DNA of 23,829 nt from Myxococcota bacterium (lineage in GTDB: Bacteria > Myxococcota > JACRCW01), in the NCBI GenBank assembly GCA_040752415.1, contig JBFMGU010000166.1:1-23829 (forward strand). The letters run 5' to 3'. A program made the translations under genes and the position numbers. The notes under the pieces were generated by a model, which was given only the letters and a program-made list of their open reading frames with translations, searched no databases and was not told the origin of the DNA. The first letter of the stretch is position 1. The number at the start of each line of letters is the position of its first letter. Of the stretch, positions 1 to 8,432 are shown in pieces.

Positions 1-2
1 TG

Positions 3-170
3 CGCGCGGTGGGGCGCGCCAACGGCAGCAACCCGGTGGCGGTGGTGATTCCGTGTCACCGCGTCATCGGCGCGGGTGGCTCGCTCGTGGGATATGGCGG
101 AGGCATGGAACGCAAGGAAGCGTTGCTGAAGCTGGAAGGCGCGCTGGCGGAGCAACCGCGGCTGTTGTGA
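3..170 (+). CDS. ogt: Methylated-DNA--protein-cysteine methyltransferase, C-terminal part (5' end outside window)
   Basis: Frame from position 3 reads [46 protein letters not shown]...*. It carries the PCHRV active-site motif plus RAVG and GYGGG motifs. Not in the ORF track. Could also be the C-terminus of an Ada-type fusion. Confidence 0.9.
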   Translation, partial: RAVGRANGSNPVAVVIPCHRVIGAGGSLVGYGGGMERKEALLKLEGALAEQPRLL

Positions 171-172
171 CG

Positions 173-487
173 TCAGCGTCGCGACTTCGGTTCCCCGTCG
201 GGAAGATCCGACAGGTCCACGAACACCACGCGCGTGCGGTGCCGCGCCTTGCTGCCGGTGGTGGGGCGGGCGTTCTGCCTCACCGTGATGTCCACGCGCG
301 TGCTCTCCCGCGTGATGGGACGACGGGGCCCCGGTGCCGGCGCCGGTGGCGGTTCAATCCGCGTGGGCTCCTCCGACGAGGAGGTGGGCACCACGTGCAG
401 TTCCGTGGCCGCGTCGTGCGAGTCCGGCAGGAACTCCACCACGGTGGCTTCGTCGTCCCGGTAACCGCTGGCTGCACAGGTGGTCAT
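173..487 (-). CDS. Hypothetical protein, 104 aa, Pro-rich middle
   Basis: ATG at 487 preceded by GGAGGG. Fills the gap between ogt and the SDR gene. No family recognised. Confidence 0.5.
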   Translation of the reverse strand: MTTCAASGYRDDEATVVEFLPDSHDAATELHVVPTSSSEEPTRIEPPPAPAPGPRRPITRESTRVDITVRQNARPTTGSKARHRTRVVFVDLSDLPDGEPKSRR

Positions 488-598
488 GGTCCCGCCCTCC
501 GGCAATTGGGTATCGGAGGATCACCCACGCAGTTGCCGGGGAATCATCCGCACGCGCTCTACGCTTATGCTAATCCCCGCTGCAACCGTCGACCAAAC

Positions 599-1594
599 AT
601 GTCCACGCGCAAGAACGTCATCGTCACCGGTGCCACGGGTTTTGTTGGTCACGCGCTCATTCCCGCACTGCTTGCGCGCGGTCACCGTGTCTTCGCCGCC
701 ACCCGCAAGGCGCCGCCCGCAACGCCCGATGACGACGTCACCTGGGTCCCACTGGACCTGTCGCGTCCCGCCACGGTGCGCCGCGCGCTCCAACGCATGG
801 ATTGCGCCTACTACCTGGTGCACGGCATGGCGCATTCCGCGAACTACGAACGCCAGGACGAACGATTTGCGTATGGTTTCGCGCGCGCCGCGGCGGCGAG
901 CGGAGTGCAGCGGATCATCTACCTGGGCGGTCCCATTCCCGCGGGTCGCCCCTCGCGGCACCTGCGCAGTCGTCTCCGGGTGGGTGAGATCCTCCGCGCG
1001 GGTGCCGTTCCCACGCTGGAGCTGCGCGCGAGCATGATCGTCGGCGCGGGAAGCGCGTCGTGGCAGCTGGCGCGCGACCTCGCGCTGCGCATCCCGGTGC
1101 TCCTGGCACCGCGGTGGCTGGACATGCGGATGCAGCCGGTGGCGATTGATGACGTCGTGACGGCGTTGGTGGCGGGGCTCACCTTCCGGATGCGCGAGAG
1201 CGCCGCGTACGACCTGGGCGGCCCCGAGATCCTGACGGGGTTGGAGATCCTGCAACGGATTGCGGCGCTCTCCGGTCGCCGCGCGCCCACCCTTCCCCTC
1301 CCGCTGGTGACGCCGCGACAGGTTGCGCCGTGGCTCCCGCTGCTCACGCGTGCCAATCCGCACGTGGCCCATGAGCTCCTGCTCGGCATGACCAGCGACC
1401 TCCTGGCGCGTTCCGACGAGTACTGGCACCGCATCCACCATCCGCACCGGCTGGACTTCAACACCGCGGCGCAACGCGCGCTGCAGGACGAGCTTCCGGG
1501 ACCCCAGCTGCGCAACGTGGCGGCGGTGCTGGAAGAGGCGTTGGTGGAGAAGCTGCGTCCCTCCGCACCGCGTCCCGTCGTCGACACCATGTGA
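599..1594 (+). CDS. NAD(P)-dependent epimerase / atypical SDR (YbjT-like), 331 aa
   Basis: Starts MSTRKNVIVTGATGFVG (Rossmann TGxxGxxG). AYYLVH, SRHLRSR and LRASMIVGAGSASW segments are typical of YbjT-like SDRs. The track start at 53 is overextended. Confidence 0.85.
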   Translation: MSTRKNVIVTGATGFVGHALIPALLARGHRVFAATRKAPPATPDDDVTWVPLDLSRPATVRRALQRMDCAYYLVHGMAHSANYERQDERFAYGFARAAAASGVQRIIYLGGPIPAGRPSRHLRSRLRVGEILRAGAVPTLELRASMIVGAGSASWQLARDLALRIPVLLAPRWLDMRMQPVAIDDVVTALVAGLTFRMRESAAYDLGGPEILTGLEILQRIAALSGRRAPTLPLPLVTPRQVAPWLPLLTRANPHVAHELLLGMTSDLLARSDEYWHRIHHPHRLDFNTAAQRALQDELPGPQLRNVAAVLEEALVEKLRPSAPRPVVDTM

Positions 1595-1609
1595 TTCACA
1601 GGAGCAACC

Positions 1610-2311
1610 ATGTCCACCTCCCACACCGGCACCCAGCAGGCATTGCAGACCGCGCTCGCGGTCCTGCGACGCGCCAACCTGGAAACCGTGGCCCAGGCGC
1701 AGCGCGTCTTCAGCACGCCCACGGACGCGGAGGAGGCGTTCCTGGATGCGTCCGCGCGCCTCTTTGACATCAACCACTGGGGCAACCTGGGACCGCGCCA
1801 TCCGCTGCGCGCGGAGTTCCTGCTCCATGACGAGGAGGGTTTCCCCGTCGAGCGCATGCCACGTCCCGGCGATCACATCCGCATGGGCCTGCCGCCTTCG
1901 TACTTCCTCCCGGGGCACGCGTTGGGCGGTCCGGACTGGGTGCGCGTGGAATCCGTGGAGGCGGAAGAACAACGGTCCCGCATCAGCGTCCGCCCCTCGC
2001 CGCGCCCCGCCTCCGGTGACGACATCATCACGCACTTCTTCACCGACCAGTCGCTGAACCACTTTGTCGTCGAGCGGGACGGCCTGGTGCTCACCGCCAC
2101 GGTCCGCGGTGACCACGAGTATGCGAACGTGGACCCGTACATGGCCGGTGGCGTGACCCGCGCGGTACGGAATCTCGCGGTGGCGGTGATGTCCTGGGGA
2201 TTGGGCGTGCCGCGGCACGTGGGCGGTCAGGACTCCTGGCGCCTGGAGCCGCTGCTGGGCATGCACAAGCTGATGTGGAAGCCGTTCACACGGAACCTGG
2301 TTGGAGACTGA
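1610..2311 (+). CDS. Conserved-looking hypothetical protein, 233 aa
   Basis: AGGAG RBS, 15 bp after the SDR stop. Globular composition with RLFDINHW, DWVRVE and HFFT motifs. Overlaps the convergent gene by 26 bp. Confidence 0.75.
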   Translation: MSTSHTGTQQALQTALAVLRRANLETVAQAQRVFSTPTDAEEAFLDASARLFDINHWGNLGPRHPLRAEFLLHDEEGFPVERMPRPGDHIRMGLPPSYFLPGHALGGPDWVRVESVEAEEQRSRISVRPSPRPASGDDIITHFFTDQSLNHFVVERDGLVLTATVRGDHEYANVDPYMAGGVTRAVRNLAVAVMSWGLGVPRHVGGQDSWRLEPLLGMHKLMWKPFTRNLVGD

Positions 2312-4061
2312 TGGGCAGGTTGCGGCGGGCGGCGGGCTCGCGCGTGAGCGCGGTCGACGTCGTGGCGGACAGGCCCAGCTGGGCCACGAGCACGTGATTG
2401 ATCCCGTCCCGCCCCGACGCCAGGGTCATGCGGGCGCCATCAAATCCGCTGAAGGCCACCAGGTCCGCGTACTGCTGCGGCGCGTAGTAGCTGGCGCGGT
2501 AACCCATGTGGCTTCCGCTGAGCGCATAGGGCGCCGGGGTGAAGCAGTCGGTGACCAGCGTGCCGTCTTCGACGAGGGACTCGCGCAGCCAACGGAGATG
2601 ACGCAGGCAATCCGGCTTGGGAATCCACGACGACAACCCGACGAACACGGCCAGGTCGAACCGTCCACCGGCCTGCGCCCGCAGCTCGGGACCGGTGAGG
2701 TCTCCGCGCAGGAAGCGCAGGTTGACGCCGAGCGCCCGTGCCCGTGCCTCGATGTCCGGCTGCAACACGCCACGCGGGTCCAGGTCCGCCGCCACCACCT
2801 CCACGCGTGCCATGGCCTGCGGCATCCGCGCCCGCACCTGCTCCAGCGCGCCCATCACGTCGTCGGAGAAACCGCTGGGGCCGGTGAAGACGCGCACCGT
2901 GCCACCCGTCCGGAGACGACGCTCCAGCTCCTGGGAAAGCGCGTGCGTCACCAGCGCCAGTCGGTCATACACCGCGCGGTGCAGCGGGTAGCGCAGGAAG
3001 ATGCGGTCGGCCCAGGTGCCCGGCTCGTCGGTGCGGACGTAGATCTCCCGCATCAGCTCCGCGGAATAGCCCTCCTTCAAGAGGCGACGTCCCAGCGAGG
3101 AGAATAGGAAGAACGGCTCCCGCCACGCGTCGGAAAGCGCATGCATGACGAGGTAGCCGAGCACGTAGTGCAGACTCACCAGCTTCCTGACGAGCAGCAG
3201 GCCGGTCATGCGCGGCGCGCTTCCCAGCGGAGCCAGCTCATGTCCCAGCGCCCGCGGCGCGGGCAGGACGGGCCGGAGCTCCCCGACGACACGGTGCATG
3301 GTTGCCGCGGCGGTGATGCCTTCCACGTCCACCCACACGACGGAAAGTGTGGGGACCAACCGCCGCAGCACGTCCATGGCCGCCAGGTACATCCCACGCG
3401 CCTGGGTCATGTCCGCGTGATTCTCGTGCCGGTCCAGTCCATTGCCACGCGCCGCGGCGCGCGCCAGCGCCGTCGACGGGGAGGCATCCAGGAACACCAC
3501 CACGTCGGGCAGCAGGTGATGCACGCGGAACAGGCGCAACACGCGACAGATGAAGCGCGCCAGTCCCAGTCGCGGAAGCTGCGGCAGCGGCTCGGCGTGC
3601 TCCCCGGTCATCAGGAAGCGCAGCAGGATCTTCACGTGCTCCGGGTCGGCGGCGCGGCCTCCGCTGGCGGGCCACAGGTAGTTCGCCGCGCGGCCGGCGG
3701 TGCACAGCACGGTGTTTCCGTCGGAGATCATGACGTCGGGACGGAAGCGCGCAGCCATGGCGCGGGCCGCCACATCCTGCACGATCATCTGCACCAGCTT
3801 CACCGCCGCGTAGAGCGCGGGGATGTTCACCCACTGGTGCGTGAGCCAGCGCAGCACCGCGTTCAGCCGAGCGGTCACGGGCAGGCCAGGAGGCTCGAAA
3901 CCGTCGGTGACGTGGTCCTGTTCGGGACCGGTGAGGCGGAACTGCTCCCCGGCCAGCCCCACGGTGAGCCCGGATTCCGCCGACAACAGCGACGGCAGCG
4001 TCCGCGCAACCGTGCTCTTGCCACTGCCATCAATGCCCAACAGCGAGACGTGGAGTGTCAT
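2286..4061 (-). CDS. Thymidylate-kinase-like P-loop domain fused to class I SAM-methyltransferase-like domain, 591 aa
   Basis: GGAGGAG RBS before ATG 4061. P-loop GIDGSGKST and TMK-like PDVVVFLDASPSTALAR...DRHE. C-terminal Rossmann MTase motifs VVAADLDP, FLRGDL, FDLAVFVGL and LVEDGTLV. Confidence 0.8.
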   Translation of the reverse strand: MTLHVSLLGIDGSGKSTVARTLPSLLSAESGLTVGLAGEQFRLTGPEQDHVTDGFEPPGLPVTARLNAVLRWLTHQWVNIPALYAAVKLVQMIVQDVAARAMAARFRPDVMISDGNTVLCTAGRAANYLWPASGGRAADPEHVKILLRFLMTGEHAEPLPQLPRLGLARFICRVLRLFRVHHLLPDVVVFLDASPSTALARAAARGNGLDRHENHADMTQARGMYLAAMDVLRRLVPTLSVVWVDVEGITAAATMHRVVGELRPVLPAPRALGHELAPLGSAPRMTGLLLVRKLVSLHYVLGYLVMHALSDAWREPFFLFSSLGRRLLKEGYSAELMREIYVRTDEPGTWADRIFLRYPLHRAVYDRLALVTHALSQELERRLRTGGTVRVFTGPSGFSDDVMGALEQVRARMPQAMARVEVVAADLDPRGVLQPDIEARARALGVNLRFLRGDLTGPELRAQAGGRFDLAVFVGLSSWIPKPDCLRHLRWLRESLVEDGTLVTDCFTPAPYALSGSHMGYRASYYAPQQYADLVAFSGFDGARMTLASGRDGINHVLVAQLGLSATTSTALTREPAARRNLPISLQPGSV

Positions 4062-5106
4062 GGTGGGTCTCCTCCATGAGGGTGCCGCGGTAGCGAACAC
4101 CGGGAACAAAGGGCACCACCGCCGCCAGACAGATGCGCAGCCGGCGGTGCCACGCGTGCATGTCCTCGTCGACGAACAACGCGCCGCGCGGACGGTCCAT
4201 CAGCTCGAGCTCGACGCTCTCCCGGGGGGCCAGCCGCAGGTGCCATGCGCCCTCCGCCAGCCGCTCGGGGGCCAGGAGGTGGCGCGCCAGGCTTCCCCGC
4301 TCGAGGACGGGGAGCAGGTGCACGGACAGCCCCGGCTCGTCGGTGGAGATGGCGGTGGGAATGGGCAGCTCCGGGATGGGACCGGTCATCACCACGCCGG
4401 CCACCATGTCCATCGTCGTCAGCGAATGCGGGCCGGTGATGCGAACGCGCTCCGCTCGACGGAAAGCAGCCACGCGCGCGGCACGCCATGCAAAGGCCAG
4501 CGCGTACTCGAGGTGGTTGACGCGCTCCAATCCCAGAGAGGCCGCCGCGGCCGTGTGCAGGGGCTTCAAGCCGGAGCGGAACAGGCGCAGGTCGCCCGGC
4601 ACGCGACCCAATTGCCCCAGCCCCACGAGACCCGCGGCGTGGAAAACGCGCATGGCGCCTTCCGCGGTGAACGTCTCGACGCGCACCACCTTGGCGGCGG
4701 CGCGCCGCCCCTCCCGCAGGGAGACGCACAATTCATCCACCGCCTGCACGCCGTCGCGGGGCACCGCGTAGCGACGCGCCAGCACGTTGCCGGAACCCAT
4801 GCGCAGCGCGGAAAGAGCAACGCGGCTGGGCTTGCGCTCCTGGGCCAGCACAGCGTCGATGGCGGAGCGCAACGTGCCACTGCCGCCTCCCGCAATCACC
4901 GCCACCTGCCCTCGCGTCCGCTCGAGGAAATGCGTGACCCGCGCTGTGACATCCGCGTGGTCTTCCGCGAGCGCCAGCTCGACATCGACGAGACCGCCCA
5001 GGTTCTCCGCCATCCGTCGTCGGAGCACCACCGCTTCGCCGCCGTGATCACCCAGTCCCGCGTGGTCGTGGACCACCATCAGGACGTGTTTCACTCGGGT
5101 TGCCAT
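4030..5106 (-). CDS. Diacylglycerol/lipid kinase family (YegS/DgkB-like) protein, divergent, 358 aa
   Basis: GGAGG RBS before ATG 5106. VIAGGGSGT (cf. GGDGT), RMGSGNVLAR (cf. PxGTGNDFAR) and C-terminal VDED (cf. DGE). Confidence 0.75.
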   Translation of the reverse strand: MATRVKHVLMVVHDHAGLGDHGGEAVVLRRRMAENLGGLVDVELALAEDHADVTARVTHFLERTRGQVAVIAGGGSGTLRSAIDAVLAQERKPSRVALSALRMGSGNVLARRYAVPRDGVQAVDELCVSLREGRRAAAKVVRVETFTAEGAMRVFHAAGLVGLGQLGRVPGDLRLFRSGLKPLHTAAAASLGLERVNHLEYALAFAWRAARVAAFRRAERVRITGPHSLTTMDMVAGVVMTGPIPELPIPTAISTDEPGLSVHLLPVLERGSLARHLLAPERLAEGAWHLRLAPRESVELELMDRPRGALFVDEDMHAWHRRLRICLAAVVPFVPGVRYRGTLMEETHHDTPRLAVGH

Positions 5107-5268
5107 GTTCCACCTCCTGACGTGATGCATTTCAATCCGCGCACCAACTCCGCGCCGCGACGGAAACCCCGCTCCGCCCGGGCACTTGCAACGTGAGCGA
5201 AACGCGTTGGCGCCAGGCGGCCCTGGGCCGCGGGTGCACACGCTGTACAGGAAACGCCCATGCCCTCC

Positions 5269-7578
5269 TCACGACGCCTTCACCGCGCCTCGCAGCGAGG
5301 GCGTGCTCCATTCCGCCTGCGTCACCCGTCGGGGCATCAGCGTCAGCAGTGCCGGCAACAACAGGAGGTCGCCCATCAGCGCGAAGAACACCGCGATGGC
5401 GCTCAGCTGGCCCACGTACGCCACCGAATGCACATGCGAGGCGGCAATCACCAGGAACCCCGCGACGAAGAGCAGCGTGTTGCACACCACCGCCACGCCA
5501 CTGCTCTCGGCCACGTGCGCCACCGCGTCTTCCAGGGACGCGCCCTCCCGCATGCGCCGGTTGAGTTGAAACAGGATGTGCACCGTGTCGTCGACGACGA
5601 TGCCCAGGACCGCGGCGGCGATGGTGACGGTGGCAATGTCCAGCCAGATGCCGGCCCACCCCATGACCCCGAACACCACGAGCACCGGCAACACATTGGA
5701 GGGCAGCGCGGCCAGCGTGAGGCGCCACGAGCGGAGGATGAATGCAATGATGATGAAGATGAGCAGGAACGCGGAGGCAAAGCTGTCGACCTGGTCCGCC
5801 ACCACCTGCTCCGCCATGCGCCAGTTCAGTGGGAGGTATCCGCCCACTTCCACGGTCACTCCGTCGGGAACCTGGGCGCGGGCCGTGCTCACCGCACGCT
5901 CGGCAATCCGCCGGTATTCCTGGGAACTGGAAATCGGCACGAACACGGTGAGCCGCATGCGGTTTCGCGCCCGGTCCACCATGGACGTCAGGTCCTCGGC
6001 ACCGCCGCCCACTTCCGCCATCAGCAGCAGGTGCGTGACGTCCTCTCGCGTGTGCTGCCGCCACGACGTCATCCGCGCCGCGCCATTCACCGCGCGGTCG
6101 GCTTCGGCCAGCACGTCCAATGCGGACAGCGTGCCCCGGTTTCCGAAACCATGGGCCAAAGTGGTCTGCACGTCGGCTACGGTTTGGAGGAATGCCGGGT
6201 CTTTCCATTCCGTGCCCGACGGAGCGCCGAGCACGAGCTCCAGGGGAATGAACGGCCCCACCTCGCGCTCGATGCGTGCGGTGTCGGTGCGGAAGGCGTG
6301 GGAATCCGGCAGGAAGTCCATTGCCCGCGTGTCCACCACCAACCGCGACGCACCCGCGACCGAAGCCACGACGACCAGCATGGTGACGCCCAGGGCGAGG
6401 AAACGATGGTGCAGGGCGCCCAACATCGCGGTCCGCGTCACACGCGTCAGCGACTGGTGCAGCAGTGACGGGGGCGCTGGCCGGGAAAGGCGTGGCAACG
6501 CCACGACGACGAGGACGAAGACCAGGGCAAAGGAGAACAAGACGCCCAGGGCGCCGAAGAGGCCAAAGTCGCGGGTGATGGTGGTGCCCGCGCCCAGGAG
6601 GGAGGAGAAGCCCGCGGCCTCGGTCACCGCGTTGATGCCGCACGGCACCGCCACCGCGGACAACGTCAGCAGGATGAACCGCGACGAGGAACGCAGCCTC
6701 CTCCGCTCCCGCAGGTGCGTGGTGATGTGAATGACATTGGCCACCCCGATGACCATCACCAGTGCCGGCAGCGCCATGGTGAACATGGTCACCGGGCGAC
6801 CGAGCAGCGCCATCACCCCGAACATGGCGACGTCCGCCAGCGTGACCGCCGCCATGGCCACCAGCACCCAGGCCCAGCGCCGCGTCAGGAAGAACAGGCC
6901 CAGGATGATGACCACGTAGGACAGGCCGATGAACAACGACCCCTCTCCCAGCGTGGCGCGATTGACCGCGTCATACAGCACGCCCATGCCGGCGTGACTG
7001 GCTTTCTCGTCGGGAGCGAGCGCTCGGGTGGTGGCGGCGCGGAGCTCCTCAAGGATGCGCGGTCGCTCCGCGTCCACCCCCGGTCCCGCGGACAGCCAGC
7101 TGAACACCACCAGCGTCCGACGATCCGCGCTGATCAAACGCGCAGGCAATCCGCCCTGTGTCACGGCCTGCTGGGCACGCTGCAGATCGTCGGTCTCCAC
7201 GGGGCCGTCCACCACGGAAACCAGCGGCCTTTCGGGTCGCCCGGGATTGGGCACGCGCGCGTTGGCCAGGCTGCGAACGCGATCCATGCCGTCAATCTCC
7301 TGCAGCGCGTTGGTCAGGGCGGCGAGTCGCTGCAGCCGCTCCGCGCCCAGCTCCGTCGACGGAGAATGGATGGCGGTGACCACCACCTCGTCGTTGCCAA
7401 AGGTGCTGACGAAGTCACGGTAACGGAGGAATGCGGGGTCATCATGGACAAACCAGACCTCCAGCGAATTGTCGATGGTTGCCCGCGACGCGGCCACGCC
7501 CAGGAGCGCGCACAGTGCCACCGTGACCAGCGCCACCTTGCGTCGATGTCCAACCAGGGTCCGCATGAGCGTGCGCAT
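5269..7578 (-). CDS. MMPL/RND-family exporter (COG1033-like), 769 aa
   Basis: Two repeats of TM + periplasmic domain + multi-TM bundle. IDNSLEVWF...FGNDE at the N-terminus, GIVVDDTVHIL and DLLLLPALL in the C-terminal half. GGAAGG RBS before ATG 7578 (alternative start 7566). Confidence 0.9.
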   Translation of the reverse strand: MRTLMRTLVGHRRKVALVTVALCALLGVAASRATIDNSLEVWFVHDDPAFLRYRDFVSTFGNDEVVVTAIHSPSTELGAERLQRLAALTNALQEIDGMDRVRSLANARVPNPGRPERPLVSVVDGPVETDDLQRAQQAVTQGGLPARLISADRRTLVVFSWLSAGPGVDAERPRILEELRAATTRALAPDEKASHAGMGVLYDAVNRATLGEGSLFIGLSYVVIILGLFFLTRRWAWVLVAMAAVTLADVAMFGVMALLGRPVTMFTMALPALVMVIGVANVIHITTHLRERRRLRSSSRFILLTLSAVAVPCGINAVTEAAGFSSLLGAGTTITRDFGLFGALGVLFSFALVFVLVVVALPRLSRPAPPSLLHQSLTRVTRTAMLGALHHRFLALGVTMLVVVASVAGASRLVVDTRAMDFLPDSHAFRTDTARIEREVGPFIPLELVLGAPSGTEWKDPAFLQTVADVQTTLAHGFGNRGTLSALDVLAEADRAVNGAARMTSWRQHTREDVTHLLLMAEVGGGAEDLTSMVDRARNRMRLTVFVPISSSQEYRRIAERAVSTARAQVPDGVTVEVGGYLPLNWRMAEQVVADQVDSFASAFLLIFIIIAFILRSWRLTLAALPSNVLPVLVVFGVMGWAGIWLDIATVTIAAAVLGIVVDDTVHILFQLNRRMREGASLEDAVAHVAESSGVAVVCNTLLFVAGFLVIAASHVHSVAYVGQLSAIAVFFALMGDLLLLPALLTLMPRRVTQAEWSTPSLRGAVKAS

Positions 7579-8039
7579 GAGCTGTCCCTTCCAGCGCCAG
7601 AGGCACCGGTTCGTTGTGCAGCGCGGGGCTGCCGTGGTTTCCCTTCCCCGGTGGCGCGGCATCCCTGATGACGACGTCACCGCTTCCCATCTGGAGCCGT
7701 TGGTGTGTGGTCCGTGTGAAGCTCGGGTTCAACCTCCAGGGCGCACCGCGGTAGGCGGTGTGAAGCGCGGCCAGGACGACCGTCGCTTCCCAGGAGTCGC
7801 AAACATCAGGCCAGCGCGGTGCGCCCGGACTGCGAAGGGAAATGCGCGGTCAGGAGAAACCATCTGCCAATGGAATGTGACGGAGGTGCGAACGCGAATG
7901 CGCACCTGCGAGGAGCGCGACGCACCGCGGCGTGGGAACGTGGTGTGGCGTGGAACAGGCGGGAGCTTCGGCGACGTCGGTGGAGCTTGGACGTGGCCCG
8001 TGTTGCAGCCCGCCGTTACCTCCGCAACGGAGGTCGTGC

Positions 8040-8252
8040 ATGAAGGGACTGATGGGTTTGCTTGGCGTGTTCAGCGCGGCGGACGCACTCTGGATTGCCA
8101 CCAACCGGCATGGTTGGGCGCGCTTCTGGCGGGGATTCCTGCGCTCCGTGGAGCGGAAGCCCAAGGCATCACGGGGCGTGGCGGCGGTGGAGCTGGCCGT
8201 TGGCGCGGCGCTCCTGGCCACGCTGGTGCGACAGCGCCGTCTGGGCGTGTGA
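8040..8252 (+). CDS. Small two-helix membrane protein, 70 aa
   Basis: GGAGG RBS before ATG 8040. MKGLMGLLGVFSAADALW... and GVAAVELAVGAALLATLV hydrophobic segments flank a basic loop. Confidence 0.65.
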   Translation: MKGLMGLLGVFSAADALWIATNRHGWARFWRGFLRSVERKPKASRGVAAVELAVGAALLATLVRQRRLGV

Positions 8253-8260
8253 GTCACGGC

Positions 8261-8374
8261 CCACGAGGATCCCGTGACGACGTGATCGTCGTGGCGAACC
8301 CGGTTTCGCGCCATGACGCGCTGGGCGCGCCGCGCACAGGTTGGCCTCGAAGGGAGCGCGCGGGATCCTCGTGG
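8261..8374. repeat. 14-bp perfect inverted repeat enclosing smaller hairpins
   Basis: CCACGAGGATCCCG (8261-8274) pairs with CGGGATCCTCGTGG (8361-8374). Internal hairpin ACGACG-TGAT-CGTCGT at 8277-8292. Confidence 0.7.
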
Positions 8375-8432
8375 ACCTTGTGTCGGGTGATGCATGCTGA
8401 CGACGCCGCACGCGCCGCAAGCGGGACGTCGT

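Noticed and set aside
53..598. N-terminal 182 aa of the 513-aa track ORF
   Set aside because: It overlaps ogt in another frame and the minus-strand ORF. The Rossmann motif begins right after ATG 599.
5132..5147. TGGTGC-N5-TTGAA as an internal sigma54 promoter before the DAGK gene
   Set aside because: The -12 dinucleotide is GA instead of GC; too weak to call without TSS data.
7579..7860. Possible riboswitch upstream of the MMPL gene (two GGGAAGCG motifs; 12-bp IR at 7739-7750 / 7815-7826)
   Set aside because: Cobalamin-riboswitch core elements are missing, and a short GC-rich IR can arise by chance. Infernal would be needed.
7995..8008. TGGCCCGTGTTGCA as a sigma54 promoter for the 70-aa gene
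   Set aside because: GG-to-GC spacing is 8 nt, not the required 10.
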